Source: a bacterium (GTDB lineage Bacteria; Patescibacteriota; Patescibacteriia; UBA9570). Taken from it: DNA of 64,000 nt. Shown piece after piece: positions 1 through 8,138 of the stretch. Location of the stretch: contig JAUYKW010000018.1 of the NCBI GenBank assembly GCA_030698395.1, positions 44,726 to 108,725 of the forward strand. Reading direction: 5' to 3'. The position numbers were made by a program, and so were the translations under genes. The notes below the pieces were generated by a model. The model saw only the letters and a program-made list of their open reading frames with translations, ran no database searches and was not told where the DNA came from. Numbering within the stretch: the first letter of the stretch is position 1; every line of letters begins with the position of its first letter.

Positions 1-311
1 TCGGTTACAGTACCAACAGTGGAACGAGGATTATGAGTAGTTGTTTTTTGATCTATAGAGATAGCAGGAGATAGTCCATCGATTCTGTCTACATCTGGTT
101 TATCCATTAAACCTAAAAATTGACGCGCATATGCTGATAAACTTTCTACATATCTACGTTGTCCTTCAGCATAAATTGTATCGAAAGCCAATGAAGATTT
201 ACCAGAACCTGATAAACCTGTAATTACAACTAATTTGTTTCGCGGAATGTCTATTGAGACATTTTTTAAGTTATGAACTCTCGCGTTTTTTATTGAAATC
301 GCATCTTCCAT
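1..311 (-). CDS. uvrA: Excinuclease ABC subunit A (UvrA), N-terminal part; the gene runs off the window start
   Basis: Reverse-strand translation from the ATG at 311 gives [67 protein letters not shown]. This is the canonical UvrA N-terminus with a Walker A motif and matches E. coli UvrA closely. An in-frame stop lies just upstream of the ATG. Confidence 0.9.
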   Translation of the reverse strand, partial: MEDAISIKNARVHNLKNVSIDIPRNKLVVITGLSGSGKSSLAFDTIYAEGQRRYVESLSAYARQFLGLMDKPDVDRIDGLSPAISIDQKTTTHNPRSTVGTVT

Positions 312-400
312 GATTTAGAAAAACATGTTTAACTAATTTGAACTCGAGTAGTATATATGAATATTTAATCTACGTCAAGGTGGTATACTAAGAGGAGCTT

Positions 401-1681
401 ATGACTAGCAAGGTAAAAAAACAATTAGCAACATTACCACAAAAGCCAGGAATTTATTTGTTTAAAAATTCTATTGGTAATGTACTTTATGTAGGTAAAG
501 CGAAGTCTTTAAGTAGCCGAGTTCGATCATACTTTAGACAGCATAATGATTTGAATGAAGCTAAACAAATTATGGTACGGCAAATTGTTGATGTAGATTG
601 GATAGAAACAAAAACTGAATCTGATGCCATAATTTTAGAAGATAAGTTGATCAAAGATTATCAACCTAGATTTAATGTATTAGCAAAGGATGATAAAAGT
701 TTTTTGTATATTCATATAACGGATGAGAAGTTTCCTCAGGTACTAGCAGTACGGAGACCAAATCTTCGTAAAGCTGGAATATTTTATGGACCATATCCAT
801 TTGCTCGTAGTATTAGAGAAGTTCTAAAATTATTACATAACATTTTTCCATATCGGACTTGTAAAAATTTACCAAAAAAGGCTTGTTTAGAATATTACAT
901 TTATAAATGTAAAGCACCGTGCATTAATAAGATTTCAGAATCAGATTATCAAGCATTGATATATGATGTGTTAGCTTTTTTTGAAGGTAGAAATACTTTA
1001 GAGCTAGAATCAAGATTGGAAGAAATGATGCAGGTAGCTTCTGAAGATAAAAAGTTCGAAGATGCAGCAAAGTATCGTGATCAGTTAAAAGCAATAAAAA
1101 AGCTGCGTTCATTTCAAAAAACTCCACGTGAGTATTTAACTGATTATTACCAATTTAAGGCTATCGATCCTGATTTAGGCCTTCAACAGCTACAGGATGC
1201 TCTGGTTTTGCCAGCTCAGCCAAAGAGGGTAGAAGTTTATGATATTTCAAATATCCAAGGAACATATGCGGTTGGATCGATGGTGGTGTTTATTGATGGA
1301 TTGCCAGCTAGGAGTGAATATCGGAGATTTAAAATTAAAACTGTCCAAGGTGCAGATGATTATAAAAGTTTGCAAGAAGTGGTTAGACGGCGATTAAAAA
1401 GAGATTGGCCAAAACCAGATTTAGCTATCATGGATGGAGGTAAGGGGCAATTAAATGCTGTAAAACATTTTTGGCAAGATCATGACGTATCAGTTGTTGC
1501 TTTAGCCAAGAAAAGAGAAGAGCTATTTCTACCTGATCAAGCGATACCAATTACAATGGAAGCTGGTAGTCAGGGATTATTTCTAATTCAAAGAATGCGT
1601 GATGAAGCGCATCGTTTTGCCATCACTTATTATCGTAAATTGCACTCTAAATCAATGCGAGCTAATACCACTAAAAGCTAG
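401..1681 (+). CDS. uvrC: Excinuclease ABC subunit C (UvrC), short form of 426 aa that lacks the C-terminal (HhH)2 domain
   Basis: It has an N-terminal GIY-YIG motif (GIYLFKN...LYVGKAKSLSSRVRSYF). A UVR motif follows (EDAAKYRDQLKAIKKL). The C-terminus is a UvrC RNase H-like endonuclease domain (VEVYDISNIQGTYAVGSMVVF...YRRFKIK). It sits divergent to uvrA. Confidence 0.85.
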   Translation: MTSKVKKQLATLPQKPGIYLFKNSIGNVLYVGKAKSLSSRVRSYFRQHNDLNEAKQIMVRQIVDVDWIETKTESDAIILEDKLIKDYQPRFNVLAKDDKSFLYIHITDEKFPQVLAVRRPNLRKAGIFYGPYPFARSIREVLKLLHNIFPYRTCKNLPKKACLEYYIYKCKAPCINKISESDYQALIYDVLAFFEGRNTLELESRLEEMMQVASEDKKFEDAAKYRDQLKAIKKLRSFQKTPREYLTDYYQFKAIDPDLGLQQLQDALVLPAQPKRVEVYDISNIQGTYAVGSMVVFIDGLPARSEYRRFKIKTVQGADDYKSLQEVVRRRLKRDWPKPDLAIMDGGKGQLNAVKHFWQDHDVSVVALAKKREELFLPDQAIPITMEAGSQGLFLIQRMRDEAHRFAITYYRKLHSKSMRANTTKS

Positions 1682-3083
1682 GGGGAGTAGCTGGTGGAGT
1701 ACCACTTGGTGTTGATGGAATTATTTCCGGAGAATTTGTTGGAGTAGGAGGAATTGGACCTGATGGGGGAATTCCCTGAGTAGGTGCTTGTGGTTGTTGT
1801 GGCAGTGTAGGTTCTAATATTTCAGGGGTAGTAGGAGGATTATCTTGAGTTGGTGGTATAGGTTGTTGAATTGTAGCTGTTTCATCAGCTAGAGTATTTG
1901 CAATCGATGGTTCAGCTTCGAAGGCTGGTGCCATTTCTAAGGAAGCTAAGTCGGTTGCATTAATACCGGTTTGGATTAGTTCAGCATCTGAAATATGAAT
2001 TGCATCTATACCAATTCCAATAACTATGCCATTTTTATCTTGAGAACGATATATTTTTGCATCCGAAGCTAACGAGGCGTTTAATTCTGGTTGTTCTAGA
2101 GTTTTTAATTTGTCTGTAATTGATGAGGGCTCAGTGGTGAGTGTAGATTTAACAGCTGGAGATTCAGTTTTTTGCGGTAGCATGTGCAAGTCTTCTGTTG
2201 TGATGTCAGCATCAGTTACTTCTGTCGGAGAAAAATGTACAGATCCAGTAGCATGTTCAATTAGTAATCCCATTTCGGGTGTGGCATATACTTGAGCACC
2301 GGAAACGACAGTGTTTGCAACTGCCGGATTAGTATCGGAGAATTTTTTATTAAGAATTTCTATAATTTGCTCTGGCGTTAATGACTCTCGCTCTTTCTCG
2401 AGTGGAGTAACAGGCGATTCGGGTGCTTCTTCAATTGGTGAAATAGCTGGTGTGTTCGAAGTTGCTGGAGGAATGGAACCAGATTTATCAATGGTAGGAG
2501 TTGGTTGTTCATCTGTTGAGTTGACTTCAACAGGATGAGGTTTAATAAATTCTAAATCTTTAAAGATGTCTTCACTTTTTTCTGGATCGGTTTTAATTTG
2601 TGTTCGAGCTTCTTGAATTTTCTTTATTTGGTTATTTAGTTTACCCTCATTACTTTCCATGAAGCCGGTTTGTTCAATGAGCTTCTTTAGTTTATCAATT
2701 AAGCCGGTTTGTTCAGAATTAATACTTTCTAATTCAGAGATTAGTTTTTCTTCTGCACTATCCAATTTAGCCAAATAATCGACAGTCGTATCGGATGGTA
2801 CATCTTGAAGGGGTATTACTTGTGGTTTTAGAGATTCTCCAGGATTTTCTACTGGTGTCGATGTTGTCATGGGTTCAGGAGATGTTGTATCAGATTCTGA
2901 AGTAGGTGTTACTGGATTAGTTGTAGCTGAAGCAGTATTCACAAAAGGAAGTGTGATAGCTGGTCCAGACGTTGGAGTAGTTGAATTATCGTTGGGTGTA
3001 CCCATTGGTTGAGGAGGTACTGGATTTGAGGTTGATTCATTCATAATTAATATAATAATAGCATTTTTTTTAAGAAAAATCAA
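1671..3083 (-). CDS. Hypothetical Pro/Thr/Ser-rich low-complexity protein with a central coiled coil and an N-terminal hydrophobic segment, possibly surface or secreted
   Basis: It is a 470-aa ORF. The N-terminus MIFLKKNAIIILIM is followed by long P/T/S-rich tracts (TPPATPPSF, PIPPTPTNSP). The middle has heptad-like segments (KLKKLIEQTGFMESNEGKLNNQIKKIQEARTQIK). I recognise no catalytic motif. Confidence 0.5.
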   Translation of the reverse strand: MIFLKKNAIIILIMNESTSNPVPPQPMGTPNDNSTTPTSGPAITLPFVNTASATTNPVTPTSESDTTSPEPMTTSTPVENPGESLKPQVIPLQDVPSDTTVDYLAKLDSAEEKLISELESINSEQTGLIDKLKKLIEQTGFMESNEGKLNNQIKKIQEARTQIKTDPEKSEDIFKDLEFIKPHPVEVNSTDEQPTPTIDKSGSIPPATSNTPAISPIEEAPESPVTPLEKERESLTPEQIIEILNKKFSDTNPAVANTVVSGAQVYATPEMGLLIEHATGSVHFSPTEVTDADITTEDLHMLPQKTESPAVKSTLTTEPSSITDKLKTLEQPELNASLASDAKIYRSQDKNGIVIGIGIDAIHISDAELIQTGINATDLASLEMAPAFEAEPSIANTLADETATIQQPIPPTQDNPPTTPEILEPTLPQQPQAPTQGIPPSGPIPPTPTNSPEIIPSTPSGTPPATPPSF

Positions 3084-3098
3084 GTTGAAATATTTTAG

Positions 3099-3133
3099 AA
3101 ATACAAAAAAGTGGAGCGTTAAACCCCACTTTT
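3099..3133 (-). terminator. Rho-independent terminator downstream of the 828-aa gene (minus strand)
   Basis: On the minus strand an 8-bp perfect stem (AAAAGTGG / CCACTTTT, 3107..3114 and 3126..3133) is followed by a TTTTTTGTATTT run. Confidence 0.7.
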
Positions 3134-3169
3134 ATAATTTGATTTAGTTATTTATTATTTTTTAATGCT

Positions 3170-5656
3170 TTAAACTGTAGCATTTGCATCAGGATGTTTA
3201 AGAGTTGGCAGTTCAGCTGATATTCTATCAACATTCTTTTCAGCTTCAGCATCTCTTGAGGCCTGAGCTATATCTCCGATTTTTCCAAAAGACATATATT
3301 CAGTAGGAAGTTCATCGTTTGCTACTGATTGCAGACCCTCTAAGGCTGTTTGGATATTTAACTGACCTGCATCTGCTAATGCCTCGGATAGTTGTGGTAA
3401 ATTGATATATTCAACCCCTGCATAATTACCTGGTTCGCCAGATAATATGTAAACACCCTGAGCATTTTGTGCAGTTGTGCCTTCTGGTAATCGAATATCA
3501 ATTAATCTTCCTTGTGCTGGCAAATCTACAAGCATGCGACGCAGATTGTCATTACTAGTTGCGAACTTTTTAGCTAAAGCATTTTTAATTTCGCTTACAT
3601 TATGTTCTCTCGTTTTTACTGCTTCAGTTTTTTCCGTTCCAGCTTCTGCATACGCTTTTTCTTCTGCTGCTTCAATCTGTTCAGACATGCGGGAATACTT
3701 ATTGTCTACACTTGGTGTTTGAACTGTTTCATTTCTGGCCGCTATGGAATCTTGAACGGATTTTGGTAAAGGTATACCAGATAAAGTAGCTTCTAGTTCC
3801 CAGGCATTTTCCATATTAGCATTTGCTTCATTACTAGCTTTTGTGGCTATTGATATTTTTTTATCAAGCGTAGCTAAAGCTTTGCGTAGTGCTCTGCCTT
3901 TTAGCGTTTCTGATTTTTCTAAGTTTGCTCTTTCAACAATTAAGTTACTTTCTATTTGTGAAGCTTTAATAAATGTGTTGGCAGCTTCCATAGATGCTTG
4001 AGATGCTTGTTCTATTGCTGCATTATCGGCATCTTCATTTGTTCTTGATAGTGTTTCAACGAGTTCTTGAGAGCCAGCAACATTGGCTTCAGCTTCTTTA
4101 ATACCAGCCTGAGTATCACGACTAATTTTTTCAAATAACTTGGCTCTTCCTTTTTCATCTGTTTTTCCTGCAAGGAAACGTTGATTTACTTCCCCAATCT
4201 TATCTGATCGTGCATCAAGTAAAGTTTTTAACTTCGCTTGTGCTTGTTCTAAACTTTGTTGAGCAGGCTCTAGAGCAGCGGATTTTTCTGCAGGCGTCAT
4301 TTGTTCCATTGGACGCATTGGTGTAATCATATCTTTAGCCAAAGCAGGGCTGTTTATTGTTACATCATATACGCTTTTGTCTGTTGTGAATCTAAAATCT
4401 TGTTTTTGTCTTGGCGAAAGTTTCGATGCACCTAGTGCTGTTTGTTCATATTCATCACGGAGTGCTCTCTGTTCATGTATATCCGATGGTGTTAGAGGAT
4501 TCATTGCCTCTCCATATTTAACTGGAGCTAGACCTTCTCCTTGTTTAAAAAATTCTTGTTCAACATCGTCACCAGCAAGTTCGCTAATGGCTTTTTCTGT
4601 TTGTTTATCTTCTACTTTTTGAATTTCAACTCCAAAATCACCTAAGTTAATAACTAGGCCACGAGCTCCATCAATTCTGCCATCATATTCTTCATTTATT
4701 TTTGCAATTGCCCGTTTAATCTCAGCGTCATTTAGTTTATCTGTATCAATTTCTGCAATTGCGATTGCCTTAGCATCCATAATTTGTTTGAGTTCTTCTT
4801 GAGCATTAGCAAGAGCTTTGGTTTTTTCTGCAGGTGTCATTTCTGGTTTATTAAAGTCCATGCGAGTTCTTGCTCCAGTACCGGATTCACCAACTTTTAT
4901 ACTATACGGGCTAGCTTGGCTTGATGTTGCAGTCTCTGTTCGTTGTAACTTAATACCACCACTAGCTGTGCGCATATAGAATTCATCTGCCATGTCATTG
5001 ACAATACTGGTCATGCCTGAATCTTGCATATGAGACATCTTCCACATGCTTTGGAATAACTTATTTTGATGTTCTGGGTCAGTAGAGGTTGCAATAGCTT
5101 CTCTTAATTTTCCTACAGCTTCTTGAATACGTTGTAGTTTAGTTTCTTGTCTGGTAAATAAACCAACACGTTCTGCTAGGCGTGTTACTTGAGCTCTTAG
5201 TACACTACGTTGCTCATCCATGGCTTCGTGTCGATTGCTAACAATCGTTTCTAATATTTTTAAGCTGTTAACCATGTGCTCTGCGCTAAGTAATCCTTCT
5301 GGTTTTTCAGCTGTAGCTTCTGCATCTTCATTAGGCAAATCTGAATAATCAACATCACTCATAGGTGTTTGGTAATTTCTAGCTTCAGGAATTCTATTAT
5401 AAGTTACCACTCCTTGGTCTTCTGGTTCTCCAATGTGTTGATCTAAATCTAACATTATGTCATCACTTGGGTCGTGGGAAATGTTTGGTAGTTGAGTTCT
5501 ATCTATTGGTGTTGTGGGGGCATTGTTATCTATATTGTCATCACCTGTATCTTCAAAACGTTCTGCGCCAGATAAAGGTAAGCCAGCATTATTTTCTATT
5601 TTTTTGGCTGGTAGATCTCTTTTATTTATTGGGTCTGTTCTTTCTCTTGCAACCAT
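3170..5656 (-). CDS. Large hypothetical coiled-coil protein of 828 aa with an acidic N-terminus
   Basis: It is a long uninterrupted ORF rich in A/E/K/Q with many heptad-like stretches (LEQAQAKLKTLLDARSDKIGE, AKAIAIAEIDTDKLNDAEIKRAIAKINEEYDGRIDG). It has no TM segments and I recognise no enzymatic motif. Confidence 0.5.
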   Translation of the reverse strand: MVARERTDPINKRDLPAKKIENNAGLPLSGAERFEDTGDDNIDNNAPTTPIDRTQLPNISHDPSDDIMLDLDQHIGEPEDQGVVTYNRIPEARNYQTPMSDVDYSDLPNEDAEATAEKPEGLLSAEHMVNSLKILETIVSNRHEAMDEQRSVLRAQVTRLAERVGLFTRQETKLQRIQEAVGKLREAIATSTDPEHQNKLFQSMWKMSHMQDSGMTSIVNDMADEFYMRTASGGIKLQRTETATSSQASPYSIKVGESGTGARTRMDFNKPEMTPAEKTKALANAQEELKQIMDAKAIAIAEIDTDKLNDAEIKRAIAKINEEYDGRIDGARGLVINLGDFGVEIQKVEDKQTEKAISELAGDDVEQEFFKQGEGLAPVKYGEAMNPLTPSDIHEQRALRDEYEQTALGASKLSPRQKQDFRFTTDKSVYDVTINSPALAKDMITPMRPMEQMTPAEKSAALEPAQQSLEQAQAKLKTLLDARSDKIGEVNQRFLAGKTDEKGRAKLFEKISRDTQAGIKEAEANVAGSQELVETLSRTNEDADNAAIEQASQASMEAANTFIKASQIESNLIVERANLEKSETLKGRALRKALATLDKKISIATKASNEANANMENAWELEATLSGIPLPKSVQDSIAARNETVQTPSVDNKYSRMSEQIEAAEEKAYAEAGTEKTEAVKTREHNVSEIKNALAKKFATSNDNLRRMLVDLPAQGRLIDIRLPEGTTAQNAQGVYILSGEPGNYAGVEYINLPQLSEALADAGQLNIQTALEGLQSVANDELPTEYMSFGKIGDIAQASRDAEAEKNVDRISAELPTLKHPDANATV

Positions 5657-5835
5657 ATATTTGATAGTTAAAGAATAGTGATTTTATTTGAATTTTTTAT
5701 TTTTGATTAATATAAGTATAGCAGAAATTTGAATTTTGTCAAGTAAAATAAGGCTTTTTGTATTATTTTTTATGGATTTTAAATGCTTATTACTTATATC
5801 AATTATTAGTAACATATTTGTATGATGATTAGACC

Positions 5836-5864
5836 TTGACAAATTGTAATATATCGGTGATAAT
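5836..5864 (+). promoter_or_regulatory. Sigma70-like promoter in front of the GC-rich island ORF
   Basis: TTGACA (5836..5841), a 17-nt spacer, then GATAAT (5859..5864). It lies in a very AT-rich intergenic region. The compositional shift to high GC begins a few nucleotides downstream, where a transcript would be expected to start. Confidence 0.5.
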
Positions 5865-6018
5865 GTTCTGTCCTCTTCGTTATGGAGGGGTCTGGTTCTT
5901 ACGGCACTCTATGTCGTTGGCGCCACGCTCTTTTTTACTAGACCGGTTTAGGATAATGCCCTATTCCAAATCGTCGTGCTTTTTCGACAAATCCTTAACT
6001 CACCACAAGGGAGATAAC

Positions 6019-6987
6019 ATGACTGCGCAAGTCATTCCTTTCCCTAGCGGTGGAAGCCGGTCAGGGAAACAAGATATCTATGCTGAGATTCGGCCAAGCC
6101 AATCTCGGCTACAACAACATCGTCAAACCACAATGCAGGTAATTACGGGGACTGAGTGGACGGAACAATACCTCCACCCCCAGAACGTACGCGTGGAGCT
6201 GCCCCAACGTGGGGATGCAGAGCTCTTCGTGACAGTACACGTTCACATCCCGGCAATTCGTGGCCGGCTCCAGATTGGAGCGCAGGCGCTTGAACCGGGT
6301 AGACGACCCAGTGGTTGGGTGATGGCACAGGTAGAGGTGAGCGATCTTCGGCACCACCTCGTGTATGGACCAAGATACAAGAAGGTTCAGTATACGGTGC
6401 GACATGCCTTGGATGGCACTCACATGACCTTCCGGGTCAAGGTGGATCAATTCCCCTTCGGTCAGGCACAGGTGGTGCTTTGGTGGGTAGGCAAGAACGC
6501 CAACACCGATGGCATTTTCGTGCAGGCCAGGGAGATACCAGCTCTGACCTTGTCGACGAACGACCCTACAAGAACGATCACGCCTACGGGAGCGGTCGAT
6601 CGAACGGGAAAGGTCGTCGATAGCAACGTTGTAGTCGAGACCCACAGGTACGCATCCGGGTTTTTAACCGACTTCATCATCAACCTCCCGCACATGGATG
6701 GACAACAACATCCTGGTGTACCGCGGGTTCTCCCACGGCTGGACAAGGTGAACGTGCAAAAGGTGAACGTGCAAGACGGCACGTTGACGGTGATTGACCA
6801 ACTCACTGGCTCTGCCAAGGTGTACGACCATATCGTCTTTACGTGCGAGCGTTCAGACGAGGCTACACACCTCCGGTTCAGAGTCGAGGGGATGGACGCA
6901 ATTCCTGTCGGGTCCGAAGAGCTGGTCCTAGAATGGAGATCGACGTCTCTGGGTGGTTACTACATCCAGGTGATCGTTGATCGCTGA
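6019..6987 (+). CDS. Orphan hypothetical protein of 323 aa encoded on a compositionally foreign high-GC island
   Basis: The ATG at 6019 is preceded by AGGGAGA at 6008..6014, a strong Shine-Dalgarno sequence. The ORF track extends the frame back to a TTG at 5836, which overlaps the promoter hexamers, so the extension is unlikely to be real. The open frame runs 969 bp through DNA far more GC-rich than the rest of the window, and codon choice differs from the neighbours. It has no TM segments and I recognise no motif (no RT, DDE or HNH signature). It is followed by a hairpin at 7011..7031. Confidence 0.55.
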   Translation: MTAQVIPFPSGGSRSGKQDIYAEIRPSQSRLQQHRQTTMQVITGTEWTEQYLHPQNVRVELPQRGDAELFVTVHVHIPAIRGRLQIGAQALEPGRRPSGWVMAQVEVSDLRHHLVYGPRYKKVQYTVRHALDGTHMTFRVKVDQFPFGQAQVVLWWVGKNANTDGIFVQAREIPALTLSTNDPTRTITPTGAVDRTGKVVDSNVVVETHRYASGFLTDFIINLPHMDGQQHPGVPRVLPRLDKVNVQKVNVQDGTLTVIDQLTGSAKVYDHIVFTCERSDEATHLRFRVEGMDAIPVGSEELVLEWRSTSLGGYYIQVIVDR

Positions 6988-7166
6988 AATGTCCAGCATG
7001 GAAGTGAGAGGTACTGCGTACAACGCAGGACTTGAAACGTCGTCGCACATCAACTGCTGACTACCTCTCCATCTTCCCCTTAATCTTATAAATTATGTTT
7101 TAGACTTTTTTGTTTGTAAGTAACACAAAAGTTGAAAGCAGAATTTGTTTCTTTTAGAATCGCTAA

Positions 7167-8093
7167 CTAAGTTATTTTTAAGAGCATTACGAATTGCTCG
7201 AATGCAGAAAAATATTTCTTCGGACGTAATGTTGTATTTTGGTATTCCAACATTACTTCTATCATATAATCATCATGTGTAAACAGAACTACTCGTGATG
7301 GAGAGCTGGTTGTTGTTTCTAACATTAATCCATTTCGTTGGGAGATTTCTGGAATTGATTCAAGAATGTTAGCATTAATATATTCTGGTCTGTATTTTTT
7401 AATCCAATCAAGTGTTGTAACAGTGTCATTTTCTGCTAGTGATATTGTAAGGCTAGCACTTTCTCGATCCTTTGTTTGTAATTTTATTTTGTCTGGACCG
7501 ACTGTATTTACTTCAAAATAGTCTTCATACTCAATCGATAACTCTCCAGCATTAGTATTGAATTGTCTTTCTTGCATTGCTACCGGGTGAGTTATTTTTC
7601 CGTAGGATATATTTTCATCATATGCAGACACCATATTAATATGAGAGCTATATACAACAACTAATACCATAAAACCAATTACAACTAACGCGCAAGCGCT
7701 AAAGAAATGTTCGCCAAAACTTAACTTATTAATTTTAGATTTTTCTTCAATAGTTATTACAGGTGTTTCATTGTCACTCTCAATAGATTCAATGGGTGCA
7801 ACAGAATCGATACTTTCTATCGGTGAAATTGGTTCTAATTCTAATTTTTCAACTATGGACTGTTTTTCTGGAACTGGTTTTGATTTCTTTTGTACTTTTT
7901 TCTTAGCAACAGGTTTCTTAACAACAGTCTTTTTTGTAGTAATTTTTTTAGGTGCTTTTTTAACGGCAATGCTTTTCTTCTTTTTATTAGCTGTAACCTT
8001 TGTTACTTTAGTCGGGGCTTTGGCTTTATTCTCTTTTGCCTTGCTGACTTTAGTATTTTTTGGTTTGCTTATTTTTTTTGTTATTTTTGCCAT
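7167..8093 (-). CDS. Membrane protein with an N-terminal lysine-rich histone-H1-like tail, one TM helix and a C-terminal extracytoplasmic domain
   Basis: The N-terminal roughly 75 aa are MAKITKKISKPKNTKVSKAKENKAKAPTKV...KKAPKKITTKKTVVKKPVAKKKVQKKSKP (KAPKK and KKPVAKK repeats). A short PIESI repeat follows. There is one hydrophobic helix, FSACALVVIGFMVLVVVY, and then a roughly 170-aa non-repetitive domain. Confidence 0.6.
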   Translation of the reverse strand: MAKITKKISKPKNTKVSKAKENKAKAPTKVTKVTANKKKKSIAVKKAPKKITTKKTVVKKPVAKKKVQKKSKPVPEKQSIVEKLELEPISPIESIDSVAPIESIESDNETPVITIEEKSKINKLSFGEHFFSACALVVIGFMVLVVVYSSHINMVSAYDENISYGKITHPVAMQERQFNTNAGELSIEYEDYFEVNTVGPDKIKLQTKDRESASLTISLAENDTVTTLDWIKKYRPEYINANILESIPEISQRNGLMLETTTSSPSRVVLFTHDDYMIEVMLEYQNTTLRPKKYFSAFEQFVMLLKIT

Positions 8094-8138
8094 GGTTTAA
8101 TATTATATTCCTCCAAATAAAAATATATTATAGCGAAG

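Noticed and set aside
924-5664. Small antisense or embedded ORFs within uvrC and the two low-complexity genes (924..1127 -, 2110..2295 +, 2311..2538 +, 3477..3722 +, 4377..4622 +, 5467..5664 +)
   Set aside because: Each is fully embedded in a much longer, better-supported ORF on the opposite strand, is low-complexity in translation, and lacks start signals.
5913-5925. Palindrome TGGCGCCA in the island leader
   Set aside because: It is a perfect 8-bp palindrome with no loop, so it cannot form a hairpin. It is more likely a chance or restriction-site-like sequence, not reportable as a feature.
5836-6018. 5' extension of the island ORF back to a TTG at 5836 (the 383-aa version in the ORF track)
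   Set aside because: The extension starts inside the -35 hexamer of the predicted promoter. It would be translated from mostly untranscribed or leader sequence. The internal ATG at 6019 has a strong Shine-Dalgarno 5 nt upstream. I therefore call 6019..6987 instead.
6109-6818. Antisense and overlapping ORFs inside the GC-rich island (6109..6645 -, 6143..6373 -, 6315..6623 +, 6462..6818 -)
   Set aside because: Long spurious ORFs on all frames are expected in GC-rich DNA. They overlap the far longer sense ORF and have no start-site signals.
7011-7031. Hairpin GTACTGCG-TACAA-CGCAGGAC after the island ORF as an intrinsic terminator
   Set aside because: The stem has one mismatch and is not followed by a U-tract. 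It may be a stability or processing hairpin but is not a canonical Rho-independent terminator.
5866-7085. The island as an IS element or transposon
   Set aside because: The encoded protein has no DDE/DEDD, HTH or serine/tyrosine recombinase motifs. I find only a weak imperfect inverted match at the borders (..ATGGAGGGGT.. against the reverse complement ..ATGGAGAGGT..) and no convincing target-site duplication.
7771-8120. Two plus-strand ORFs (7771..8100 and 7890..8120) opposite the lysine-rich gene
   Set aside because: Their Phe/Leu-rich translations are the mirror image of the AAA/AAG-rich lysine codons on the real strand. They are an artefact.
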